Source: an uncultured delta proteobacterium (GTDB lineage: Bacteria > Myxococcota > Myxococcia > Myxococcales > Anaeromyxobacteraceae). From it: DNA of 64,000 nucleotides. The stretch lies in contig CAWHDZ010000007.1 of the NCBI GenBank assembly GCA_963828255.1, forward strand, positions 192,001 to 256,000, given 5' to 3'. Positions 19,401 to 29,210 of this stretch are shown piece after piece; position 1 is the first letter of the stretch; every line of letters starts with the position of its first letter. Under the pieces are notes generated by a model. It had not been told where the DNA came from, made no database searches, and was given only the letters and a program-made list of their open reading frames with translations. The position numbers and the translations under genes were made by a program.

Positions 19401-21734
19401 GTTCACGTGCCGCTCGTGGGCGCCCACCGCGAAGGCGGGCGCATTGGGAGGAGCGACCGGAGGCGCCGAGATGAGGTTGGGGTCGGTGCCCGGGAGCAGC
19501 GGCTTCCGCATCTCGTCGCCGTGGCAGGCGGTGCACCCGAGAGCGGCCACGTCGGCCAGGCCGTTCAGGTGGGCGCCGCCGAGCAGGATGTCGCCGGCCG
19601 CGTCCACCGTCTGGGGATGGCATGCGCCGCAGGAGGCGGCCGTGATCGATCCGGCCAGCGGCGGGTGGCCGGTTGGCGGCATCCCGTGGCAACCGGTGCA
19701 GGCGAGCGGTGCGGTGCTGGTCCAGAGCGGCGTGGCGTTCGATCCGGAGACGCCGTTGTAGGTGAAGTTGCCGTGGCAGTACGAGGCCGCGCACCCGGCG
19801 GTCCCGGCGACGAAGGTCGGCGTGGCCCCGCCCGTCCTCGAGAGAAGGCCGAAGGTCACGCGCTGCGCAGGCGGGTTCCGCGCATGGGTCGCGTCGGTGG
19901 GAATGACGTGGCACTCGGCGCAGGCGATGGGGTTCATGACGGCCGACGCGCCCGCGGGGTTCACGTGCCCTTCGTGGGCGCCCGCGGAGTAGGCCGGAGC
20001 GCCGGGGGAGGAGACGGGAGGTGACGAGGTGAGGTCGATGTCCGTGCCCGGCAGGTTCGGGATGCGCCCCGCGTCGCCGTGGCAGCCGGTGCATCCCAGG
20101 CTGGCGACGTCGGCCTTGCCATTCATGTGGCCGCGCTCGACCAGGTTGACCGACCCGTCGGTGTTGAGTGCGGAGGGATGGCAGGTCGCGCACCCGGCGG
20201 AGCTGGCGGGCGCCGCGACGGCCACGTGGCCGGTCGGGGGCATCCCGTGGCAGGAGGTGCAGGTGAGGGGGTTCGGGTCGGTCCAGATGGGCGTGGCCAG
20301 CGCGCCCTTGACCCCGTTGAAGTCGAAGTTGCCGTGGCAGTACGAGGCGGCGCAGCCCGCGGTCCCGGCGGCGAACGTGGGGGCGGCGCCCCCGGTTCGC
20401 GAGAGGGCTCCGAAGACCACCTTCTGGGCAGGGGGCGCGGTGGCGTGCGCGAAGTCGCTGGGGACGACGTGGCACTCGGCGCAGTCCATGGGCCCCATGA
20501 ACGCCCCCGCCTGGTACGGATTCAGGTGGGCCAGGTGGGCCCCGGTGGAGTAGGCCGGTGCGCCGGCGCTGGCGGCCGGAGGGGAGGAGGCCAGGTTCAC
20601 GTCGGCGCCCGCCATGTTGCCGGTTCGCCCCTCGTCTCCGTGGCAGCTCGTGCAGCCGAGCGCCGCCACGTCGGCCTTGCCGTCCAGGTGGGCGCCGCCG
20701 GACACGATGGCGCCCGAGGCGTCCACCGACGTCGGGTGGCAGCCGCTGCAGGAGACCGCGGAAGTCCCCTGGACCAGGGGATGTCCGGTGGGAGGCATGC
20801 CGTGGCAGGAGGCGCAGCCGATGGGGGCGGTGTCGGTCCAGATCGGCGTGACCGTCGAGCCGGACACCCCGTTGAAGGAGAAGTTTCCGTGGCAGTAGGT
20901 GGCGGCACAGCCGGCGGTCCCGGCCACCCAGGTCGGCGACGCGGCGCCGGTGGAGGCGAGGGTCCCGAAGACCACCGTCCGGGCCGGAGGCGCCATGGCG
21001 TGGACGTCGTCGGTCGGCACCTGGTGGCACTCGGCGCAGGCGAGAGGCGGCATCACCGCGCTTGCCGGCATGGGATTGACGTGGCCGAGGTGGGCGCCCA
21101 CCGAGGAGGGCGGGGCGCCAGGCGACGAGGCCGGTGGGGACGAGGCCAGGTAGATGTCGGTTCCGGGGACGTTGGGGATGCGGGACGCGTCGCCGTGGCA
21201 CTCCATGCAGCTGTTGGCCGCGATCTCCGCCATCCCGTTCAGGTGCGCGCCGCCGGACACGTTGATGCTGCCATCAGGCTTCACGGTCCCGGAGTGGCAG
21301 GCGTTGCAGCTCGCCGGAGTCGCGCCCGTCGCCATCGCTGGATGGCCTGTGGGCGGCATGGCGTGGCAGGAGTCGCAGGTCATGAGGGCCGAACCGGTCC
21401 ACCCGACCTTTGCGCCGGACCCCTGCACGCCCCGGAAGGTGAAGCTCCCGTGGCACATGACGTTGCTGCAGGTCTTGGCCACCGGGTCGAAGGTTGCGCC
21501 AGCCGCCATGACCATCGGGTTCTGGGAGAAGTCCACCGCGAAGCCCGTGGGGGCGTGGCAACCGGCGCAGGTGACTCCAGAGGAGAAGGCGCCGCCGCGG
21601 AGGTGGTTGGCGTGGAGGGCTCCTGCCGGCGCGACCACCGCGGGGGCGGAACTCGAGGTGGTTGCTCCACATCCGGCGATGAACGAAGCGATGCTCGAGA
21701 CGACCAGGAGGAGGTTCAGACGGGGGGCTCGCAT
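16485..21734 (-). CDS. Multiheme c-type cytochrome lipoprotein (CxxxxCH/CxxCH repeat), 1749 aa, about 47 heme motifs
   Basis: Lipobox IAGC; 4 N-terminal motifs, 8 five-heme modules and a 3-motif cap ending CANSCHGSERW. Confidence 0.92.
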   Translation of the reverse strand: MRAPRLNLLLVVSSIASFIAGCGATTSSSAPAVVAPAGALHANHLRGGAFSSGVTCAGCHAPTGFAVDFSQNPMVMAAGATFDPVAKTCSNVMCHGSFTFRGVQGSGAKVGWTGSALMTCDSCHAMPPTGHPAMATGATPASCNACHSGTVKPDGSINVSGGAHLNGMAEIAANSCMECHGDASRIPNVPGTDIYLASSPPASSPGAPPSSVGAHLGHVNPMPASAVMPPLACAECHQVPTDDVHAMAPPARTVVFGTLASTGAASPTWVAGTAGCAATYCHGNFSFNGVSGSTVTPIWTDTAPIGCASCHGMPPTGHPLVQGTSAVSCSGCHPTSVDASGAIVSGGAHLDGKADVAALGCTSCHGDEGRTGNMAGADVNLASSPPAASAGAPAYSTGAHLAHLNPYQAGAFMGPMDCAECHVVPSDFAHATAPPAQKVVFGALSRTGGAAPTFAAGTAGCAASYCHGNFDFNGVKGALATPIWTDPNPLTCTSCHGMPPTGHVAVAAPASSAGCATCHPSALNTDGSVNLVERGHMNGKADVASLGCTGCHGDAGRIPNLPGTDIDLTSSPPVSSPGAPAYSAGAHEGHVNPAGASAVMNPIACAECHVIPTDATHARNPPAQRVTFGLLSRTGGATPTFVAGTAGCAASYCHGNFTYNGVSGSNATPLWTSTAPLACTGCHGMPPTGHPPLAGSITAASCGACHPQTVDAAGDILLGGAHLNGLADVAALGCTACHGDEMRKPLLPGTDPNLISAPPVAPPNAPAFAVGAHERHVNPVDFRAIMGPIACAECHVVPADSAHASTPPLARVVFGPIATAGGATPTFVAGSAGCAASYCHGNFSFNAVSGTSTTPVWTDTTPMTCTSCHEMPPVGHLAVAAPVVAASCASCHPAAVNADGSINLADRGHLNGKADVTALGCTSCHGDDTRTGNLPGTDVNLGSAPPAAPPGAPAFAVGAHAGHVNPVAATALMRPIGCAECHPVPVDTVHATYPPAQGVTFGPLARSGGARPAWNEASAGCSTSYCHGSFNFNGVTGSAAIAIWTSTTALSCTSCHAMPPAGHLAVAAPVNAASCARCHPSAVNADGTINRVDWGHLNGRSDTVSLGCTDCHGDSTRKGNLAGADLHLASAPPSAPPGAPAYAEGAHLGHVNPATATAVRSPIACAECHVVPADAGHATRPPAQRVTFGALSRTGGAVPFWSSGSTGCSASYCHGNFSYNGIAGDNATPLWTSTAALTCTSCHGMPPPDHVPVSAPATSASCAGCHPKAFNANGSLNLVDRGHLNGLADTSPMGCTSCHGDATRTGNLAGVDIHLTSAPPVAPPNASSTVVGAHLGHLNPTAATALMGPISCSECHVVPGNSTHATSPPAQKVVFGALARTGGAAPTFTAGTLGCAATYCHGNFAFGAVTGGNATPTWTSTAAMTCTSCHGMPPTGHVAVVAPVTAASCAICHPRAVNANGTMNLTARGHLNGLNDTSAVGCTTCHGDAARKGNLAGTDLNLAAAPPVAPAGAPSYAVGAHTGHANPTTASYLMPPIACSGCHPVPTDSAHATAPPPSPVVFGTQARTGGAAPTFDPVTAGCSATYCHGNFKLGVVSGSNATAVWSSTAPLACTACHAMPPTGHPTYTGTPTAVSCFQCHPQSVNANGTIKQGGGHVNGKADGGGCTGCHGDPPTTGKHTISDHRNLRCDKCHPTGFTSAATVAPFHNNTRTDLGTQAGYRCNNVASLVGCTTGQTRTCANSCHGSERW

Positions 21735-21756
21735 GTTCCCCCCAGCCTAGTCGTTG

Positions 21757-21803
21757 ATTCATGGTATGAATACTATAAGTACTCTAATTTATTATGTAAT
21801 AAA
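21757..21803. promoter_or_regulatory. AT-rich island with palindromic operator-like sites
   Basis: ATTCAT-GGT-ATGAAT (21757-21771), TACT-ATA-AGTA (21771-21781), TTTATTA-TG-TAATAAA (21788-21803). Confidence 0.55.
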
Positions 21804-21862
21804 ATGTAGGTGCTGGTGCGATATCGCCACGACGGCGACCGGGCACAGTGGGTCCCAGGAGG

Positions 21863-24800
21863 CTACCACTTCTCCGCCTTGTGGTCCTTGCCGTGGCAGT
21901 TGACCGTGCAGTTGCCGAAGGTCGTGCCCGTCGGCGAGCACCCCTTGAGCCCGCAGCTGTAGCCAGCCTGGGTGCCCAGGTCCACGACGTCGTTCTGGTG
22001 GAAGGCCCCCACGGCGGTCGTGCTTGTGTAGCCGGTGGGGTGGCAGCCGTCGCAGCGTTCCTTCCGGTGCTCGCCGTGCTCACGCGTCGTGGGGGGGGAG
22101 CCGTGGCAGGCGGTGCAGCCGCCGCCGTCGGCCTTCCCGTTCACGTGGCCGCCGCCCTGCTTGATGCTCCCGTCCGAGTTCACCGACTGCGGGTGGCACT
22201 GGAAGCAGCTCGCCGCGGTGATGGCGCCGGCGTAGGTCGGGTGGCCCGTGGGCAGCATGCCGTGGCAGGAGCTGCAGGTGAGCGGCGTGGTGGTGGTCCA
22301 GATCGGGGTCGCGTTCGAGCCCTTCACCGCACCGAACGTGAAATTGCCGTGGCAGTAGGTGGCCGAGCAGCCCGCGGTGGTGGCGTTGAAGGTGGGCAGG
22401 GCGCCGCCGGTCCTCGAGAGGGCGCCGAAGACCACCACGGTGGCCGGGGGACTCGTGGCGTGGGCCACGTCGGCCGGGACGACGTGGCACTCGGCGCAGG
22501 CGATGGGGGCCATCATGTAGCTCGCCGCGGTGGGGTTCATGTGCCCCATGTGCGTGCCCACCGCGTAGGCCGGTGCGCCGGGCTGCGCCACGGGAGGCGC
22601 GGAGGTCAGGTTGGCGTCGGTGCCGGGGAGGTTGGGCTTCCGGTTCGCGTCGCCGTGGCAGCTGTTGCAGGCCATGTTGTTCACGTCGGGCTTGCCGTTG
22701 ATGTGCCCCTTGGCGGTGGCGTTGATGGAGCCGTTCGCATTCACCGCGTCGGGGTGGCAGACGGCGCAGGAGGCCGCGGTCGCCGAGGAGACGGCGAAGT
22801 GGCCGGTGGGCGGCATCCCGTGGCACGAGGTGCAGGTGAGGGGGGCGGTGTCGGTCCAGAGCGGCGTGGCCCTGGCCCCGACGACCCCGTTGAAGGTGAA
22901 GTTGCCGTGGCAGTAGGTGGCGGCGCATCCGGTGGTCGTGCTGGTCCAGGTGGGGATGGCGCCTCCGCTGCGCGCGATCGCGCCGAAGACCACCTTCTGG
23001 GCGGGCGGGGTCCTGGCGTGGGCCGAGTCCACCGGGACGACGTGGCACTCGGTGCAGGCGATGGGGGCCATCATGTAGGTGGCCGCCGTGGGGTTCATGT
23101 GCCCCTGGTGCGCCCCGACGGCGTATGGCTTGGCGTTCGGCGTCGCGGCGGGCGGCGCCGAGATGAGGTTCGTGTCGGTGCCGGCGAGGTTGCCCGTGCG
23201 GTTCGCGTCGCCGTGGCAGGCCGAGCAGCCGAGCGCGGAGGTGTCGGAGACGCCGTTCAGGTGCCCCCTGGCCACGAGGTTGATCGACCCGTTTGCGTTG
23301 ACCGCATTCGGGTGGCAGGGCGCGCAGGAGGCCGCCGTGACCGGGGAGGTGACCGGCATGTGCCCGGTGGGAGGCATGCCGTGGCAGGAGGTGCAGGTCA
23401 TGGGGGCGGCGTCGGTCCAGACCGGGGTGGCGCTGGAGCCGGTGATGCCGGCGAAGTTGAAGTTGCCGTGGCAGTAGGTGGCCGCGCAGCCGAGCGACCC
23501 GGCCACGTAGGTGGGGGCCGCGCCCCCCTTCCTTGCCAACGTTCCAAACACCACCGTCTGGGGCGACGGGTTCGAGGCGTGGCCGAAGTCGGAGGGGACC
23601 ACGTGGCACTCGGAGCAGGCCATCGGCGCCATGAGGGCCGAGGCCGCCGACGGGTTCAGATGGCCGAGGTGGGCGCCGACGGCGGTGGCGGGCGCGCCGG
23701 TGGTCGTCCTGGGCGGGGCCGACTTGAGGTTCATGTCGGTTCCGGCGAGCGCTCCGACGCGGGCGGCGTCGCCGTGGCAGTCCACGCAGCCGACGTCGGC
23801 GATGTCGGCGCGCCCGTTCATGTGGAAGCCGGCCAGGACGACGAGACCGGCGGCATCGACGGTCTGGGGGTGGCAGGCGCTGCAGGAGGCGGCGGACGTC
23901 CCGGTGACGGGGGGATGGCCGGCTGGGGGGCATGGCGTGGCACGAGGCGCAGGCGATGCGGGTGGTGTCGCTCCAGATCGGGGTCGCCGTCGAGCCGGTG
24001 ATGTTCGTCGCCGCCTGGCCGGCGACGAGCGGGGTCGTCCTGAACGAGAAGTTCCCGTGGCAGTAGGTGGCCGAGCAGCCGGCGGTGACGGGGTTGAACG
24101 TGGGACTGGCGCCGTTGGCGGTCGCCATGGCCCCGAAGACGACCTTCTGCGCAGGGGGGACCGTGGCGTGGAGCGCGTCGGTCGGCACCAGATGGCACTC
24201 GTTGCAGGCGGTCGGGTGGGCCGCGGCGATGGCCGGGTTCGGGTTCAGGTGGATGAGGTGCGCGCCGTCCGCGTAGGCGGGCGCGCCGGCCGGAGAGATG
24301 GGCGGGGCCGAGGTGAGGAAGGGGTCGACGTTCGCCATGCCGGGGAGGCGGGCCGGGTCGCCGTGGCAGGCCGAGCAGTCGCCGCCGGTCACCTCGGCAA
24401 GGCCGTTCATGTGGGCTCCGAAGGCGATGTTGATGGTGCCGTCGGCGTTCACGGTGTCGGCGTGGCATCCGGAGCAAGACGCGGCGTCCTGGCCGCCCAC
24501 CCTGGGGTGTCCGGTCGGCGGCATGGCGTGGCAGGACCCGCAGGTGAGCGGGGTGGTGTCGGGCCAGGCCGGGGCCGCGCGCGTGCCCGTCACTGTACCC
24601 ATGGTGAAATTGCCGTGGCAGGAGACGTTGCTGCAGGTCTTCGACGACGGGTCGAAGGTCGCGCCCGCCTGGTGGACCGACGGGTTCTGGGAGAAGTCGA
24701 CGACGAATCCGGTCGGTGCGTGGCAGCCCGCACAGGTGACGGAGGGGCCCATCGAGCCTGCCACCAGGTGGGTCTGGTGGTTCGTGCCCTGCGGCACGAC

Positions 24801-24899
24801 CCCCGACGCGGTCCCGTCCGTGCTGGCGCCCTGGCACCCGAGGACCACGGAGGAGAGGAGGACGACCGCCGAACCGGTACGGAAATGGAGCGCGCGCAT
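21863..24899 (-). CDS. Multiheme cytochrome lipoprotein, about 1011 aa and 27 heme motifs after correcting one extra base in the G6 run at 23925-23930
   Basis: Lipobox VLGC; removing one base restores CASCHAMPPAGHPPVTGTSAASCSACH and joins ORFs 22080..24899 and 21863..23821. Confidence 0.85.
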
Positions 24900-25085
24900 T
24901 GCCCCCTCTGTAGTCCGGGATTCACGGTACTTCTAGTGTAAACAGGACGCGCCGAGTCGATCCCTGTAATTGCCCGTAAAGACTCGTCCTTACTATGATA
25001 ATTTACCAATGAAGGGGCCCGGCATTCACGACTGCTCCCTTCATCCGAAACGGTCTCGAAATCGAAAACTTCTCACGCCTCCGGG

Positions 25086-26942
25086 TCACTGACAGCTCGG
25101 GCTCGTGCCGGGGGTCCAGTACCGGGTTCCTCCGTGGCAGCCGGTTGCGGTTCCAGTGTAACCGTTGGGACCGGGGGCGGACGGATTCCAGTTGGAGAAA
25201 TCCGGGGCCCCGGGAGCCGGGGCCGTGTTCATGTCCGGAACGCCGTTCACGTGGAACGGGAGGGCGTCCGGGCCGACGGCTCCGAGGCTGTACCCGGCCG
25301 GGTGGCAGGTCCCGCAGGAGACCGCGTACCAGTTGGGAAGGGCGTGCATCTGGTGCGAACCGGTGGTGGGCGGATCGCCGTGGCAGGCGCCGCAGCGAGC
25401 CTGTGTCCCGTCCACCTTGGTCCATTCGGGCGCGGTCGTCGTTCCACCGGTGAGCGTCGCCCCGTGGCAGTAGTTCGCGCAGGTGGCGGCGGTCCGGTCG
25501 AAGGAGGCCTGGGCGCCGTTCGCCGTGGCCAGCGGGCCCCAGTCGAGCGTGGCGGGCGTCGTGAAGGCCGGCCCCACGTGGAGGAGGCTCGCGGGCGAGG
25601 GGACGACGTGACACTCCGTGCAGTCGATGGGCTCGGAGATGGCGCTCGCACCGGGGAGGAGGTGGGCCTGGTGGGCGCCCACGCCGACCTGCCGCGTGTC
25701 GGAGGAGCCGAACCGGTCCACCGGCGGAGCGGCCTTCACCAGGGCGTCCATGCCCGTTGGCACCACGCGGTTCGGGTCGCCGTGGCAGGCGGTGCAGTCG
25801 GCGCTGAGGAACGGGGCACGGACGTCCGGGAGACCGTTCACGTGGAGTGTCGGGTTCACCGTGGCCCGCGAGTAGCCCTGGTGGCAGAAGCCGCAGTCGG
25901 CGCCCGTCGCGATCGCGGGGTGCCAGGCGCTCGTGTCGATGGAGCCGCCGGGGAGGGCGTGGCAGGAGCCGCAGGTGATCTCCGAGGGGGGATTCCACGA
26001 CGGGGTCGTGAGTGTTCCGCCGCCGAGCGGCAGGCCCGGGCCGCCGCCGTGACAGTAGACGTTGCTGCAGGTGATGGAGGAGCCCCCGGGCGGAGGGAGC
26101 ACGAGAACGGGGACGGCGCCGTTCGCCGACGCGAGCCCCGAGAAGGTCACCGTGGCGCTGCTGGTTGCGGTCGGGCCGACGTGCGCCAGATCGGTGGGGA
26201 CGACGTGGCACGCCGAGCAGGCGATGGGCAGGGAGAGGGGGCCGGCCGCGGGGAGGGAAAGCGGATCCCCGGCGGGGAGCAGGTGGCGCTGATGCGCGCC
26301 GACTCCCCGCAGCGACGGGCTGGACGCGCCGTTCCGGTCCACCGGGGGCGCCGCCTTCACGATGTCCGGGGTGCCCGGGGGCAGCGCCCGGCTCGCGTCA
26401 CCGTGGCAGGCGGCGCAGTTGGTGAGCATGGTGGGATCGGTGAGATCCTGCAGGCCGTTCACGTGGACCTGCCGGTCCACCGTGGAGTTGGTGAAGCCGG
26501 GGTGGCAGAGGGCGCACTGCACGCCCGCGGCCACCACCGGGTGCCACGGGGTGGCCGTGCCGGCACCCGGGGAGGCGTGGCATCCCCCGCATCCCAGGAC
26601 CGAGGGCGGGTTCCAGATCGGGGCCGGGACCGTCCCTCCGCCGATCTGCAGGCCGGGGCCGCCCGAGTGGCAGTAGACGTTGGAGCAGGACAGCGAAGTG
26701 GAGTTGAACGCCCCGACTGCCCCGTTGGCCCGGGCCAGGTTCCCCTCCAGGGTGACGGCGAACTGCCCGTTGTGGCACTCGCCGCAGGAGATCACCTTGG
26801 CGATCGGCCCGGAGAGGTGGACCGTGTGGGCGCCGGTGGTGGGCTCGCCGCCGCTCCCGCTCTCGGACGCCTCGCGTGCGGAGCAGGATGTGAGGCCGAG
26901 ACCGGTGACGGCAAGAAGGACGGCGGTTCTGCCGTGGCGCAT
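25086..26942 (-). CDS. Multiheme cytochrome lipoprotein, 618 aa, about 14 heme motifs plus a terminal degenerate ATGCH
   Basis: Start MRHGRTAVLLAVTGLGLTSC (lipobox); CxxCH, Cx3CH and Cx4CH motifs. Confidence 0.88.
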   Translation of the reverse strand: MRHGRTAVLLAVTGLGLTSCSAREASESGSGGEPTTGAHTVHLSGPIAKVISCGECHNGQFAVTLEGNLARANGAVGAFNSTSLSCSNVYCHSGGPGLQIGGGTVPAPIWNPPSVLGCGGCHASPGAGTATPWHPVVAAGVQCALCHPGFTNSTVDRQVHVNGLQDLTDPTMLTNCAACHGDASRALPPGTPDIVKAAPPVDRNGASSPSLRGVGAHQRHLLPAGDPLSLPAAGPLSLPIACSACHVVPTDLAHVGPTATSSATVTFSGLASANGAVPVLVLPPPGGSSITCSNVYCHGGGPGLPLGGGTLTTPSWNPPSEITCGSCHALPGGSIDTSAWHPAIATGADCGFCHQGYSRATVNPTLHVNGLPDVRAPFLSADCTACHGDPNRVVPTGMDALVKAAPPVDRFGSSDTRQVGVGAHQAHLLPGASAISEPIDCTECHVVPSPASLLHVGPAFTTPATLDWGPLATANGAQASFDRTAATCANYCHGATLTGGTTTAPEWTKVDGTQARCGACHGDPPTTGSHQMHALPNWYAVSCGTCHPAGYSLGAVGPDALPFHVNGVPDMNTAPAPGAPDFSNWNPSAPGPNGYTGTATGCHGGTRYWTPGTSPSCQ

Positions 26943-27034
26943 GATACCCCCAGGGTGAATACCCCGGGAAGGTACCACGCCCGCCGCGCCATCCAAGAAG
27001 GACGACGGGGCGGGCCCGTCGGGTGTTCCGGGGG

Positions 27035-29044
27035 CTACCAGGTCTCGCTGCCGTGGCAGGCCGGGGCGCACTGGAGCGTGGAAGCGTTCCACGAGTTGAT
27101 GCTGGTTCCCGCTCCTGCCACGTTCTTCACGCCGTTCACGTGCAGGGGCACGTTCACGACGGTCGTCGAGTATCCGGAGTGGCACGAGCCGCAGCCGATG
27201 CCCGCGCCGTTGTGGAGCGAGTGTTCCCCCGTGTTTGGCGGCCGGCCGTGGCAGGACGTGCAAGTCATCGGTCCGCCAGTCCAGAGCGGGGCGGCGGTCG
27301 TGGCTCCACCGGTGAAGCTGCCGTGGCAGTAGGTCGCCGAGCAGGTGAGCGTGGTCGGGTTGAAGACAGGCCGGGCGCTGCCGGTGATGGCGATCCCGCC
27401 GAAGGGCAGGGAAGCCCTCTGGCCGTCCACGTGGGCCACACCGGACGGGAGGGGGCTGGCATGGCAGTTCGTGCAGGCGAACGGCGGTGCCCTCTGCCCG
27501 GATGCCAGCGGGTTCACGTGCTTCTGGTGGGCGCCCACCATGGCGTCGGTGGTGAGGGTCTGCCCCTGCGGGCCCACCGGGGGGGAGTAGGCCAGGAAGG
27601 GGTCCGTCCCGGGGACGTTGCCGGTCCTTCCCGTGGTGCCATGGCAGAAGGTGCACTCGTTCTGCCAGTCCGGGTGAGAGGCATTGGAGTGGCAGGTGTT
27701 GCAGGAACTTGTGGCGATGCCGGAAGCCGCGCCGAAGCCGGTGTGGCAGCCGGTGCAGGTCTGGAGCCCCTGCTGGTTGGCCGAGTAGCCGTGCGCTGTG
27801 GGGATGGCCCAGCCAGCCGGGTGAATGCCCGAGTACTCGGCGAGGCCGTTCATGTGCCTGCCGCCCCCGACGTTGATCACCCCGCCGGCGCTCACCGTGT
27901 CGGGGTGGCACCCGTTGCAGGACGCAGGCGTGACGGCCCCCGTGGCAGGATGGCCGGTGGGAGGCATGCCGTGGCAGCCGGTGCAGGAGAGGGTCGGGGT
28001 GGCGTTCCACGCCGGCGTGGCGCCCGCATTCCCGGTCACTCCACCGAAGTTGAAATTCCCGTGGCAGTAGGTCGCCGAGCAGGAGAGGGTCGTGGCGTTG
28101 TAGGTCGGGGCCGCGCCCTGCGTGGTGGCGAGCGTGCCGGGGCTGAAGACGATGCGCTCGGGGAGCGTGAGGGCGTGGTTCGCGTCGTCCGGGACCACGT
28201 GGCACTCGTTGCAGGCCACGGCCGCGCGGATGGTGGTGTCGGTCAGGTGGAGCAGGTGGGTGCCAACGACCCTGGCAGGATCGGTACCTCCGGGCGCCAG
28301 CGGCGGCGCCGCGTCGAGCAGCGGGTTGGTGGCTGTCACGGGGCGACCCGGGGTGCCGTGGCAGGAGGTGCAGTTGGCCGCCACGTTCGCGACACCGTTC
28401 ACGTGGCCTCCGCCGGCGACGTTGATGGTCCCGTTGGCGTTCACGGTGGACGGGTGGCATTGGCTGCAGGTCGCCGCGGTGACCGGCGGGGCCAGCGCCG
28501 GGTGGCCGGTGGGCGGCAGGCCGTGGCAGTTCACGCACTGGATGTCGGTGTCGGTCCAGAGCGGCGTCCCCGAGGCGCCGCGCACGCCGGCGAAGTCGAA
28601 CCCACCGTGACAGTAGGTGGCGGAGCAGCCCAGCGTGGTCCCGTTCCAGGCCGGGTTGTTCCCCTGCGTCCTCGCGAGCGCCCCGAAGAGGACGGGGCTC
28701 GCTGGTGGATTGGTGGCGTGGGCGATGTCCGTCGGAACGAGGTGGCACTCGTTGCAGCTGAGGGGAGCGCGGAGTGCGTTGGCACTGGAGGGGTTCACGT
28801 GGCGCAGGTGAGCGCCCTCCGCCGAGACCGGAGATCCGGTCGTGACCACCGGAGGGGCCGCGGCAAGCTGCGGGTCGGTTCCGGCCAGGTTCCCGATGCG
28901 TCCGGCCGTGCCGTGGCAGTAGACGCAGGCATCGGGGTTGCTCACCGAGCCGCCCGGTGCAGCGGGGCGCGAGGTGCAGGCGGAGGTGGACAGAACGCAG
29001 ACGAAGGCCGCGGCGGCGAGGACGGGAATCCGGGTCGAAGTCAC
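27035..29044 (-). CDS. Multiheme cytochrome lipoprotein, 669 aa, about 18 heme motifs
   Basis: GTG start after AGGAGG; lipobox TSAC; ends CAPACHGSETW. Confidence 0.9.
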   Translation of the reverse strand: MTSTRIPVLAAAAFVCVLSTSACTSRPAAPGGSVSNPDACVYCHGTAGRIGNLAGTDPQLAAAPPVVTTGSPVSAEGAHLRHVNPSSANALRAPLSCNECHLVPTDIAHATNPPASPVLFGALARTQGNNPAWNGTTLGCSATYCHGGFDFAGVRGASGTPLWTDTDIQCVNCHGLPPTGHPALAPPVTAATCSQCHPSTVNANGTINVAGGGHVNGVANVAANCTSCHGTPGRPVTATNPLLDAAPPLAPGGTDPARVVGTHLLHLTDTTIRAAVACNECHVVPDDANHALTLPERIVFSPGTLATTQGAAPTYNATTLSCSATYCHGNFNFGGVTGNAGATPAWNATPTLSCTGCHGMPPTGHPATGAVTPASCNGCHPDTVSAGGVINVGGGRHMNGLAEYSGIHPAGWAIPTAHGYSANQQGLQTCTGCHTGFGAASGIATSSCNTCHSNASHPDWQNECTFCHGTTGRTGNVPGTDPFLAYSPPVGPQGQTLTTDAMVGAHQKHVNPLASGQRAPPFACTNCHASPLPSGVAHVDGQRASLPFGGIAITGSARPVFNPTTLTCSATYCHGSFTGGATTAAPLWTGGPMTCTSCHGRPPNTGEHSLHNGAGIGCGSCHSGYSTTVVNVPLHVNGVKNVAGAGTSINSWNASTLQCAPACHGSETW

Positions 29045-29170
29045 GGGCAGCCTCCTGGGAAAAACACGTGAAACTTGTGCGGGATCGGTCCTCGAACCGA
29101 CAATCGCGTTTACCCCCAAAGGGCATTTTAGTCCAACCAGGAAGCGCTCATTGTCCGTCGCGCAACGGTG

Positions 29171-29198
29171 AGGCCCACCCGGGATTCCGGGTGGGTCT
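29171..29198 (-). terminator. GC-rich hairpin just after the ccs operon
   Basis: AGGCCCACCCGG-GATT-CCGGGTGGGTCT; no U-tract. Confidence 0.45.
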
Positions 29199-29210
29199 CG
29201 CGCCGAAGCG

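Noticed and set aside
25086..29126. 1346-aa ORF as one protein
   Set aside because: The first about 730 codons are an off-frame read of the 27035..29044 gene; the real start with a signal peptide is at 26942.
29045..29170. Possible c-di-GMP/cGAMP (GEMM) riboswitch upstream of a cytochrome
   Set aside because: I could not find the characteristic GGCAAA/GCAAAGC segments or the two-hairpin structure here or in the other leaders; an Rfam scan would settle it.
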